A DNA stretch of 27,231 nt from a virus (IMGVR_UViG_3300037458_000654:1-27231), one strand, 5' to 3'. Shown: positions 1 to 6,888, counted from the stretch's first letter. Notes: generated by a model from the sequence alone, not told the origin. Numbers and translations: made by a program.

Positions 1-2
1 CG

Positions 3-269
3 CTTCACGAGTTAGGACACTGGACGGGTCACGAATCGAGACTTGATCGCGAGTTCGGTAAGCGGTTTGGCGATCATGCCTATGCCGCCGAGGAACTGGT
101 GGCCGAGATCAGTTGCGCCATCACACGAGCGCGGATCGGGTTATCTGGCGAGGTTCAACATGCCAGCTATTTATCGCACTGGCTTGACGTATTGAAGAAA
201 GACCCGAGATTCATATTGACGGCGGCGAGTGCCGCCAGCAAGGCCAGCGATTTCTTGATCGATAAGTGA
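3..269 (+). CDS. ardC: ArdC-like antirestriction / ssDNA-binding protein, C-terminal zincin-like domain (5' partial)
   Basis: Hand translation LHELGHWTGHESRLDREFGKRFGDHAYAAEELVAE...QHASYLSHWLDVLKKD...AASAASKASDFL* matches the HExxH / YAxEELVAE / HASYxxxWL motifs of the ArdC family; absent from the ORF track because it is truncated by the window edge. Confidence 0.88.
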   Translation, partial: LHELGHWTGHESRLDREFGKRFGDHAYAAEELVAEISCAITRARIGLSGEVQHASYLSHWLDVLKKDPRFILTAASAASKASDFLIDK

Positions 270-328
270 CCCCGACCAGCAGCACAGTTCTTATTTTGTG
301 CTGCTACTCGGTTTCATTGTCGAAACCG
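263..328 (+). promoter_or_regulatory. Structured intergenic RNA element, copy 1 (overlapping alternative hairpins)
   Basis: TAAGTGAcCCCGA, stem AGCAGCACAG/TTGTGCTGCT, then CTCGGTTTCATT..GAAACCG; the same flanking sequences recur at 2073-2131. Confidence 0.65.
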
Positions 329-347
329 TTCACCGGAGATAAATACA

Positions 348-479
348 ATGTATACGATCTATTTTGATTTTCGTGGTAAAGGCGGATTTATCCAAAATAT
401 TGACGAGTCTGCATTGGCGATGATGGAACAGATTATTTCTCGCAGGGCGTTTATCGTCTTTGTGGAGAAACAAACATGA
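348..479 (+). CDS. Small hypothetical protein (43 aa, MYTIYFDFRGKGG...)
   Basis: GGAG RBS; ATGA overlap with the next ORF; hand-translated. Confidence 0.6.
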   Translation: MYTIYFDFRGKGGFIQNIDESALAMMEQIISRRAFIVFVEKQT

Positions 480-637
480 GCCACCAAGTAAAATTCGTTA
501 TTTGGATAATGGACGAGCAAAATATGAAGTGGGTCGTGATCCGGTCATGCGATATCAACGAGTTGCTCTCGATGCGCCGAGAACTCCTTGAGTGTGGAAT
601 TGAATGTACCACGATCAAAAAGGAGAAGCTTAGATGA
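476..637 (+). CDS. Small hypothetical protein (53 aa, MSHQVKFVIW...)
   Basis: GGAG RBS; ATGA overlaps at both ends; hand-translated. Confidence 0.6.
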   Translation: MSHQVKFVIWIMDEQNMKWVVIRSCDINELLSMRRELLECGIECTTIKKEKLR

Positions 638-810
638 GAGATATGAAGCGGCTCCTGCAAGCAATCTATGACGATTACATGTTTGTTCCTAATAGCGAAG
701 TCATAGAACAGATCATCGGTGGCAAGAAGTATCGATTCATTTTGCCGCAAGATCGGCAAGATCAACGCCAATGGCAAGAAGCATATTCGGAGGTTGAAAG
801 CAATGAATGA
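634..810 (+). CDS. Small hypothetical protein (58 aa, MRDMKRLLQAIY...)
   Basis: AAGGAG RBS; ATGA coupling; hand-translated. Confidence 0.6.
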   Translation: MRDMKRLLQAIYDDYMFVPNSEVIEQIIGGKKYRFILPQDRQDQRQWQEAYSEVESNE

Positions 811-1024
811 TCTTATTCACAACCAAATATCTTTACTGGAATCACAGAGCTTTTGGAATGAAATTTATCTCAAGTTCCCTGGTTCTGAAGAATATATTAT
901 CAAGTGTTTGCTTGATAACGAGCTTCGTTATCTTGAGGATAACGAATATATTTTTGAACAATGGGAGAAAGATCGGTTGCGCTATCTGCGTGATCGCAAG
1001 AATGACAACGGCGGTTCTTTTTAG
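803..1024 (+). CDS. Hypothetical protein (MNDLIHNQ...)
   Basis: ORF track 719..1024 restarted at ATG 803, which follows GGAGG at 789-793. Confidence 0.6.
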   Translation: MNDLIHNQISLLESQSFWNEIYLKFPGSEEYIIKCLLDNELRYLEDNEYIFEQWEKDRLRYLRDRKNDNGGSF

Positions 1025-1033
1025 GAGATAACC

Positions 1034-1270
1034 ATGTCAGCATCATTTAACATTCATGGCGTATATCGTATCGAGGTTTCAGCCTACACGTTTCCCTATT
1101 TTGAAGGGCAAACAGAAGGCAGAAAAACCCACGTTCAGAATATCTATTTATATGACGAGAATGATCGTCGTATAGGTGATATCGGAATCTTTCTCGAAGA
1201 CCCGAACGCGGCGATGCGCGTTGGGAATCTTGAAAAGCTTGATATTGAAGAGTCTTACGTGAGTCTTTAA
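1034..1270 (+). CDS. Hypothetical protein
   Basis: AGGAG RBS; 78 aa ORF in the operon direction. Confidence 0.7.
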   Translation: MSASFNIHGVYRIEVSAYTFPYFEGQTEGRKTHVQNIYLYDENDRRIGDIGIFLEDPNAAMRVGNLEKLDIEESYVSL

Positions 1271-1276
1271 CTTATC

Positions 1277-1306
1277 TACCGGAAGTGGTATAATACACTT
1301 CCGGTA
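1277..1306 (+). promoter_or_regulatory. Extended -10 promoter (TGGTATAAT) enclosed by an 11-bp perfect inverted repeat
   Basis: TACCGGAAGTG gtataata CACTTCCGGTA; TATAAT at 1289-1294. Confidence 0.6.
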
Positions 1307-1325
1307 ATTCTTTAAGCGAGAGCAT

Positions 1326-1550
1326 ATGAGACAACTTCATTGGGATCCAACTGCTATATGGCGGGCTGGTATGGATAATATCAAGACTCACATTCCATGC
1401 AATACTCGCATGATCGATCTAGCTGATTGGCTTAGGTCAATCGGCTGCGAGTTGGATTGGGATTGTTACGAAAAAAGATTGCAAGTTGTTCCACGTAAGG
1501 AGAAGAGATATGCAAAGCCTAATGGCCGTATTAAGTTCGGCCAAAAGTAA
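1326..1550 (+). CDS. Hypothetical protein
   Basis: 74 aa ORF directly downstream of the promoter. Confidence 0.6.
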   Translation: MRQLHWDPTAIWRAGMDNIKTHIPCNTRMIDLADWLRSIGCELDWDCYEKRLQVVPRKEKRYAKPNGRIKFGQK

Positions 1551-1758
1551 CCCATCACCATTAATTTTGTGGTGTAATCGGAAGTTTGAATTTGTCAGCG
1601 TAGGATATGCACCTGAAATAAGATCGATGCAGATCGCTTGCTTCGATTATAACAACAAGTGTCGGTTATGTATCCGATACCAAGTAGATTTAGAAAGTGA
1701 CAAATGGAACTATGATATTGTCACGGGAAGCAAGTACAGGAGAATTGAAATCGAATAA
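1510..1758 (+). CDS. Hypothetical protein (MQSLMAVL...)
   Basis: ORF track 1486..1758 restarted at ATG 1510 after AAGGAG. Confidence 0.55.
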   Translation: MQSLMAVLSSAKSNPSPLILWCNRKFEFVSVGYAPEIRSMQIACFDYNNKCRLCIRYQVDLESDKWNYDIVTGSKYRRIEIE

Positions 1759-1823
1759 ATAATAAAGCTCTCGATAATGCCAGTTACCGAGAGCTTGTTG
1801 CTAACCAAAATCAGGAGAGATTC

Positions 1824-2045
1824 ATGATAGCTGATTTTCAGCGTATCCCAAACGTGGTTGCCTGTCAATACCTTGACGATCAGATCGCCAGCCGATTAGA
1901 TGAAATGATCGGAAAGTGGCTCAGTCGAGAACCTGCCATCGCAGAAGCGCATCGCAAGGCTATTCAGGCCGCTAACAACGAGTTTCATGCGTATGAAGAG
2001 TGGTTGTGCCAGCAAGCCCCACCCGATGACGATCTGCCCTGGTAA
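1824..2045 (+). CDS. Hypothetical protein with acidic C-terminus (..DDDLPW)
   Basis: AGGAG RBS; 73 aa ORF. Confidence 0.7.
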   Translation: MIADFQRIPNVVACQYLDDQIASRLDEMIGKWLSREPAIAEAHRKAIQAANNEFHAYEEWLCQQAPPDDDLPW

Positions 2046-2056
2046 GATAACCGAGT

Positions 2057-2072
2057 GCGCCACGGAGGGCGC
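2057..2072 (+). promoter_or_regulatory. CsrA/RsmA-type hairpin (ANGGAN loop)
   Basis: GCGCC-ACGGAG-GGCGC. Confidence 0.45.
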
Positions 2073-2131
2073 TAAGTGAACCCGAAGCATAGGCAGTATG
2101 CTGCTTATGCTCGGTTTCATTTGGAAACCGA
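2073..2131 (+). promoter_or_regulatory. Structured intergenic RNA element, copy 2
   Basis: TAAGTGAaCCCGA, stem AGCATAGGCAG/CTGCTTATGCT, then CTCGGTTTCATTTGGAAACCGA. Confidence 0.65.
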
Positions 2132-2149
2132 TAACCTAGAGAAATTACA

Positions 2150-2359
2150 ATGAGAAACCCAAGACAAATTGATAGACTCAATGAATCGATTGAAGAACCT
2201 AACCGCAAAGCAGGCGTAAAATGCAAATGCGGAAGTGTAAATACAGTATGGATTTATGGTGGTGGATACCAAGATGCCGATGCTTCAAGAGGTATGCCAA
2301 TAATTGAAACAAATGGAGAAATTGCATGTAATGACTGTGGATTTACTTGGTGGGATTGA
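2150..2359 (+). CDS. Small Cys-containing (Zn-ribbon-like) hypothetical protein
   Basis: CKCG...CNDCG motifs; 69 aa. Confidence 0.65.
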   Translation: MRNPRQIDRLNESIEEPNRKAGVKCKCGSVNTVWIYGGGYQDADASRGMPIIETNGEIACNDCGFTWWD

Positions 2360-2390
2360 TAATTGGTAAAATGCAAGAAGGAGTGATTTA

Positions 2391-3017
2391 ATGAAAACTT
2401 TTGTAGAATTGAGAAAGATCGATGTATCTGAACACATCGAAAAGAAGAATAATCTATCATATCTGTCCTGGGCGTTTGCAGTAGATGAATTGCTGCAAGC
2501 CGATCCGGCGGCGGTATGGGAGTATAGGTTCTTTGATTATGAAACCGGGCAGGTTCCCTATTGCCGGATCAATGAAACCTGCATGGTATTTTGCGCGGTG
2601 ACTGCATTTGGTAAAACCATGATCGCCCAGTTGCCGGTCATGGATCATCGCAACAAGGCTATTCAGAATCCCGATGCCTTTGCCGTCAATACCGCCATGC
2701 AACGCTGTTTGGCGAAAGCGATCAGCCTACACGGTATCGGATTGTATATCTATGCTGGCGAAGACTTGCCTGAACAGGAGAAACCAGAGCCGGTATCCGA
2801 AGAAATGATTGTGTCGGTATTAGCGCATATTGAAACACTGATTAGCGAGGATCAGGTGAGGGCTTATTATCCGAAAGCCAAGGCTGGCTTAAAAATCATC
2901 GGCAAGGGTCAACTCCAGGATCGGTTGGAAACCGCTTGCAAGAAGCGGATTGCAAAGATTCAGATTGAGAATGCAAAGCGTGAAGGGCTTGATTCTCAAT
3001 CAGATCGTACTGATTAG
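2391..3017 (+). CDS. Sak-type single-strand annealing protein (DUF1071)
   Basis: LRKIDVSEHIEKKNNLSYLSWAFAV...LPVMDHRNKAIQNPDAFAVNTAMQRCLAKAISLHGIGLYIYAGEDLP is the family signature; AAGGAG RBS. Confidence 0.9.
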   Translation: MKTFVELRKIDVSEHIEKKNNLSYLSWAFAVDELLQADPAAVWEYRFFDYETGQVPYCRINETCMVFCAVTAFGKTMIAQLPVMDHRNKAIQNPDAFAVNTAMQRCLAKAISLHGIGLYIYAGEDLPEQEKPEPVSEEMIVSVLAHIETLISEDQVRAYYPKAKAGLKIIGKGQLQDRLETACKKRIAKIQIENAKREGLDSQSDRTD

Positions 3018-3082
3018 TATATATTAATAACCGAGACTCCATCATTATCGGTGGAGTCTTTATAACCATAAAGGAAATTATA

Positions 3083-3259
3083 ATGGAGATTGTCGATCTT
3101 GAAGAACGAGTAAGGTTCTTTGATAAGAGAAGGAATCAATATGGGATCTTGGTTACAAGGAAGTATCATAAAACAACCTTATGGATAATGCTTTACGATG
3201 ATTGGACTATCGAAGAGCTAACCCAGTCTGATTTAAAGACAATCACTAAGGTACAATGA
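3083..3259 (+). CDS. Small hypothetical protein (58 aa, MEIVDLEERVRFF...)
   Basis: AAGGA RBS; hand-translated. Confidence 0.6.
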   Translation: MEIVDLEERVRFFDKRRNQYGILVTRKYHKTTLWIMLYDDWTIEELTQSDLKTITKVQ

Positions 3260-3260
3260 A

Positions 3261-3359
3261 ATGATATGCACATCATGCGGTGAAGAACGAGACGATGTGG
3301 AACGTCGTTATTCATTTTGCGGCATGTCGCTTGGAGCGATGGGTTCGGCGACTGGTTGA
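3261..3359 (+). pseudogene. Probable truncated gene (MICTSCGEERDDVERRYSFCG...) running into an attC half-site
   Basis: CxxC start with only 32 codons; the 3' third is attC-arm sequence. Confidence 0.4.
3326..3349 (-). mobile_element. attC-like half site (one arm only)
   Basis: Minus strand reads GCCGAAC CCATC GCTCCAAG CGAC = R box, 5-nt spacer, L box. Confidence 0.65.
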
Positions 3360-3371
3360 ACGGAGGAAGAA

Positions 3372-3677
3372 ATGGCAAAGGCACTACCGAAAAAATGGTT
3401 TGCAGGATTTAAGGCCAGCATTTCACTGCGAAAAGTCGATAAGTGGGCTGAACACAGGAAGTCGTTCAGGCCGTATTTTGACACATGGGAAGAAGCGCAT
3501 TTGCACATGCTTTGCGCAGCCGAAAAGCGCCTTGATAAGGCCAAGCGCGAGGCAAAATCCGCAGAACGTCACTTGGAAAAAGTGCGCTCATTGAAGACGC
3601 CGAACGCAGAGTTGAGCGGCGGCGAAGCCGTACGATCGGACGACTTGTGGGAATCAATTGATTCTGTTAAACGTTAA
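3372..3677 (+). CDS. Cassette-borne hypothetical protein; C-terminus (PNAELSGGEAVRSDDL) encoded by the attC-like site
   Basis: GGAGG RBS; bracketed by the complementary boxes GTTCGGCG (3343-3350) and CGCCGAAC (3598-3605). Confidence 0.75.
   Translation: MAKALPKKWFAGFKASISLRKVDKWAEHRKSFRPYFDTWEEAHLHMLCAAEKRLDKAKREAKSAERHLEKVRSLKTPNAELSGGEAVRSDDLWESIDSVKR
3599..3651 (-). mobile_element. Degenerate attC-like site
   Basis: GCCGAAC GCAGA GTTGAGCGG CGGCGAAGCCG T aCGaTCGgAC GACTT GTggg; right arm mutated. Confidence 0.7.
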
Positions 3678-3688
3678 ACGAGGTAACT

Positions 3689-3880
3689 ATGTTTTATTCT
3701 ACAGAAATAAATGCTTTTATTGGTTCTGATTCTAATGAAGAAGTACGATGTGAATGTATATCAGTATATAATAATAAAGAGCATGATGTTGTTAAAATAT
3801 CACAAGGAGGAATTGAAATATGTATTAAGAAAGAACATATAGATATATTCTTAAAAATGATTAAAGATTGTATGCGATAA
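3689..3880 (+). CDS. Hypothetical protein (AT-rich)
   Basis: GAGG RBS; 63 aa. Confidence 0.65.
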   Translation: MFYSTEINAFIGSDSNEEVRCECISVYNNKEHDVVKISQGGIEICIKKEHIDIFLKMIKDCMR

Positions 3881-3907
3881 TCTTATAAACATTAGGAGAT
3901 AAATAGA

Positions 3908-5341
3908 ATGACTCCAACCACGCAACAACGCGCCATCATCGACCGAGTAAGAAGTGGATGCAATCTCTCGGTAAACGCCGGTCCGGGTACCGGTAAAACG
4001 GCAACCAATGGAATGGTGGCAAAGGCGTCCACGGATAAGAACATCGTTAACTTCTGTTTCAATCGCAGTACCAAACTACAAGCCGATCAGAAGATGCCGG
4101 CTCATGTTAAGAATTACACTTTTCATGGTGCGGCATACGCACAGATCGGCAAGTATTACGCGGGCAAGTTAAACACCAAACTCCAACCGAACGTGATCGC
4201 CGGTCGGTTTGGGTGCGATGCGAGAACGGCGATGCTTGCCAAGTATACCTTGCGGCGTTATGCCCTATCCGATGATGGCGCGATCATGGGCTGGCACGTA
4301 CCTCGCGAGGCGGTGCTAGCGGTGGATGAGAAGGATCGCAACGCTTTCAAGGATGAGATCGTCACCCTCGCCAAGAAAACCTGGTATGCCTGCATGAATT
4401 ACAAGGATCGTTCATTTGGGATCGAGCATGACTTCTATTTGAAGCAGTGGGTTGAGGAAGGTGCTCGCTTGCCAGGACGGTTTCAACTCGGGCTGGTGGA
4501 CGAGGCTCAGGATATGGTTCCGGTGAATATCAAAGCGATCCACAAGATGCGTTTCGAGCAGACCGTGCTTACTGGCGATCCTAAGCAGGAGTTGTATTTG
4601 TGGCGCGGCGGGCAAGATGCAATGCGAGCGATGGGTTATGACGAGTTGCCGCTTACGCTATCTCATCGGTTTGGACCCTCCATCGCCGATGTTGCCAATC
4701 AAGTGATCGATCTATTTCCAGAAAAGCATCATCACTTGACCGGCGATGCCAAGATCGATAGTTCGATCTGCTATGGATCGCCAATCGATCCGCATGTAGT
4801 ATTGTGCAGGAGCAACGCCGGGCTGCTCGGTGAAACCGTGAACGCGGTACGCAAAGGCAAGCGGATTCACGTGGTGGGCAGTATCTTTGATTCGATCTTG
4901 CTGATGGAGAGTGCGTGGTATCTGTCAATCGGAGAGAAAGCCAAGGTCAAGCATCCGACCATGGCGATGATCGGTGACTGGAATGCGGCGCTAGAACTGG
5001 CTACCGAGGATGCTGAGATCGCGCAAGCGGTCAAGCGAGTCGATGAATACGGTGGTCAAATTCCCTCGCTGGTGGACGAGTTACGCTGCGCCGGCGAGAC
5101 CAGCCGCGACCGAGCCGATGTGGTACTTTCTACCGTCCACAAGTTCAAAGGCGACGAAGCGGATGTGGTAAAATTAGGCGATGACTTCCCCGATTTGGTA
5201 CGGTGGAGCAAGAAGGATCGCGCCTATATCCCACTAAAAGGCGAGTTGTGCGTATTCTTTGTGGCCGTCACTAGAGCGCGGCGGAAGTTATACGCCAATC
5301 GCACCATGGAACAGTTGAAAGTGTGGAAAGAACTCTTATGA
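3908..5341 (+). CDS. UvrD/Rep-like SF1 DNA helicase
   Basis: Walker A AGPGTGKT, VDEAQD, GDPKQ, LTLSHRF, STVHKFKGDEAD, VAVTRAR. Confidence 0.92.
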   Translation: MTPTTQQRAIIDRVRSGCNLSVNAGPGTGKTATNGMVAKASTDKNIVNFCFNRSTKLQADQKMPAHVKNYTFHGAAYAQIGKYYAGKLNTKLQPNVIAGRFGCDARTAMLAKYTLRRYALSDDGAIMGWHVPREAVLAVDEKDRNAFKDEIVTLAKKTWYACMNYKDRSFGIEHDFYLKQWVEEGARLPGRFQLGLVDEAQDMVPVNIKAIHKMRFEQTVLTGDPKQELYLWRGGQDAMRAMGYDELPLTLSHRFGPSIADVANQVIDLFPEKHHHLTGDAKIDSSICYGSPIDPHVVLCRSNAGLLGETVNAVRKGKRIHVVGSIFDSILLMESAWYLSIGEKAKVKHPTMAMIGDWNAALELATEDAEIAQAVKRVDEYGGQIPSLVDELRCAGETSRDRADVVLSTVHKFKGDEADVVKLGDDFPDLVRWSKKDRAYIPLKGELCVFFVAVTRARRKLYANRTMEQLKVWKELL

Positions 5342-5451
5342 GGACGCTACTAAACGTTATTATCTCATTAATCCTGATGGCTTTATTTATAGGTAAGTTA
5401 TACGTGCTGGCGATATTGCTATTGTTAGCCTTTGCATGGCGAGGTTTGTAA
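5338..5451 (+). CDS. Small hydrophobic membrane peptide (37 aa)
   Basis: MRTLLNVIISLILMALFIGKLYVLAILLLLAFAWRGL; ATGA and TAATG coupling on its two sides. Confidence 0.55.
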   Translation: MRTLLNVIISLILMALFIGKLYVLAILLLLAFAWRGL

Positions 5452-5615
5452 TGGCTAACTATCTAAGGAAAGCCAAGCGAGCCGAGTTGCAAGTGGATAG
5501 GGCTTGGCGCAAGCAAGAGAAAGCCAAGCGGCGATGTTGCCCGCACTGTAAAAGTAAGTCGATCATAAAAGCAAATGACGGATGGCAGTGTAATAATTGC
5601 CATAGACTGTTTTAA
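5451..5615 (+). CDS. Basic Zn-ribbon protein (54 aa)
   Basis: GAGG RBS; CPHC...WQCNNC; hand-translated. Confidence 0.65.
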   Translation: MANYLRKAKRAELQVDRAWRKQEKAKRRCCPHCKSKSIIKANDGWQCNNCHRLF

Positions 5616-5625
5616 ATGGTATAAT
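5597..5625 (+). promoter_or_regulatory. sigma70-type promoter
   Basis: TTGCCA-17 bp-TATAAT with a TG extension. Confidence 0.7.
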
Positions 5626-5645
5626 TATTTCGTTTGGAGGTAAGT

Positions 5646-5963
5646 ATGAGTGTTCGACAAGAGAATCGATACAAGAAACTAATAATCTCGCAAGGACGAG
5701 AGATAACTGACAGGCAGCGCGAGATTGAAGCGGCTTTTATGGTGCGCACGCCGAGAAAGTCAATAATGCCTCCAACTCCTTATGCGTGCCGCCGTGATGT
5801 TCGCGCATGGATGCGTAATAACGCGGAACATTATGAAACCGCCACAGAGATTGTCGAGGCAGCAAACATTATTTTTCGTTTGCCGGATGATTGTTTAGAT
5901 GATGAAACGCATTGGATATGGGATGATGCGGTAGACGCAGTAGATGCAATTGACGAAGTATAG
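5646..5963 (+). CDS. Hypothetical protein
   Basis: GGAGG RBS before ATG 5646 (ORF track 5634..5963). Confidence 0.7.
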   Translation: MSVRQENRYKKLIISQGREITDRQREIEAAFMVRTPRKSIMPPTPYACRRDVRAWMRNNAEHYETATEIVEAANIIFRLPDDCLDDETHWIWDDAVDAVDAIDEV

Positions 5964-5967
5964 CTTT

Positions 5968-6030
5968 TAACTATTCACAAAGCGTATTCTTTCGAGAGTA
6001 CGCTTGATGAATGGTTAATCATGCCATTCA
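5968..6030 (+). promoter_or_regulatory. Structured intergenic RNA element, copy 3 (same architecture, different sequence)
   Basis: TAACTATTCA/TGAATGGTTA basal stem, AAGCGTATTCT-TTCG-AGAGTACGCTT upper stem, alternative TGAATGG/CCATTCA stem. Confidence 0.6.
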
Positions 6031-6081
6031 AAACAAAGTAACTAACTCGGAGCAAGTAAATGGCTAGTTTAAACAAAGCGA

Positions 6082-6417
6082 TTGGAACGTAGGGTTATGC
6101 GCATCGTTTCCGAAGCTGAGTTTTCCATGGCGATCCGGCTGCGGTTGATGGGCGTGAAGGCGCGGTCCGTAGTTGGGCCAGGCCGAAGTGGATCGATTGC
6201 CAGTGTGTATGCCTCGCACATTCTCGGAATTCCGTTTATACCATACGGCACCGAATGCCCTGAACATCTGCGCCCGCTGCTGATCGTGGATACGGCACGG
6301 AAGAGCGGCGCGACGTTGCGGAAGGCCGAACGCAGGTATGGCGGTGACTGCGTTGTGGTGCATGTGTTCAACGAGCCGCCAAGGCTGCGATTCTGGTACG
6401 AGCCAGAGGCGCATAAC
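6082..6417 (-). mobile_element. Solitary gene cassette with an attC half-site
   Basis: TGGAAC GTAGG GTTATGCGC at the left end and the exact complement GCGCATAAC (6409-6417) at the right end. Confidence 0.7.
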
Positions 6418-6429
6418 AAAGCAAAGTAA
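6097..6429 (+). CDS. Minimal phosphoribosyltransferase-like protein (cassette cargo)
   Basis: VVGPGRSGSIASVYASHILGIP and LLIVDTARKSGATL resemble the type I PRTase PPi and PRPP loops; the ATG lies inside the GTTATGC box (ORF track starts at TTG 6082). Confidence 0.65.
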   Translation: MRIVSEAEFSMAIRLRLMGVKARSVVGPGRSGSIASVYASHILGIPFIPYGTECPEHLRPLLIVDTARKSGATLRKAERRYGGDCVVVHVFNEPPRLRFWYEPEAHNKAK

Positions 6430-6448
6430 ACCTACTCGGAGCAAGTAA

Positions 6449-6859
6449 ATGGCTAGTTTAAACAAAGCGATGTTGATCGGCAATCTCGGCAAAGACCCGG
6501 AAACCAAAGTGATGGAAAGTGGAAAATCGGTTTGCAACTTTTCGGTTGCGACTTCGGAAACCTGGAAGGATAAGAACAGCGGCGAGAAGAAAGAGAAGTC
6601 TGAGTGGCATAACATCGTTGTCTTCGATAAGTTGGCCGATGTATGCGCCAACTATCTCAAGAAGGGATCGAAAGTCTATATCGAGGGCAAGATTCAGACC
6701 CGCAAATGGACGGATAAGAATGGGGTTGATCGCTACACGACAGAGATCGTGGCATCTGAAATGAAGATGCTATCGTCAAAGAAAGATGGCGAGCAACCGG
6801 CTAAGGCGGCTCCTGCTGCCGCACCTGCTGATGATTTTGACGACGACGTGCCGTTCTGA
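6449..6859 (+). CDS. ssb: Single-stranded DNA-binding protein
   Basis: [15 protein letters not shown]...EWHNIV...[19 protein letters not shown]...DFDDDVPF. Confidence 0.97.
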   Translation: MASLNKAMLIGNLGKDPETKVMESGKSVCNFSVATSETWKDKNSGEKKEKSEWHNIVVFDKLADVCANYLKKGSKVYIEGKIQTRKWTDKNGVDRYTTEIVASEMKMLSSKKDGEQPAKAAPAAAPADDFDDDVPF

Positions 6860-6870
6860 TCTATTACATA

Positions 6871-6888
6871 TGCGCCATGGATGGTGCA
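6871..6888 (+). promoter_or_regulatory. CsrA/RsmA-type hairpin (ANGGAN loop)
   Basis: TGCGCC-ATGGAT-GGTGCA. Confidence 0.45.

Larger units (their letters stand above)
6045..6471 (+). repeat. 38-bp perfect direct repeat of the ssb RBS and first codons (6045-6082 and 6434-6471) flanking a cassette
   Basis: ACTCGGAGCAAGTAAATGGCTAGTTTAAACAAAGCGAT occurs twice. Confidence 0.95.

Noticed and set aside
451-777. 108-aa minus-strand ORF
   Set aside because: The region is tiled by three coupled + strand ORFs with RBSs
3280-3594. Alternative + frame ORF (104 aa) across the first cassette
   Set aside because: No RBS, and it overlaps 3372..3677, which has GGAGG; its LERWVR segment only reflects the attC arm frame
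6064-6651. 195-aa minus-strand ORF
   Set aside because: Antisense shadow of ssb and the cassette gene
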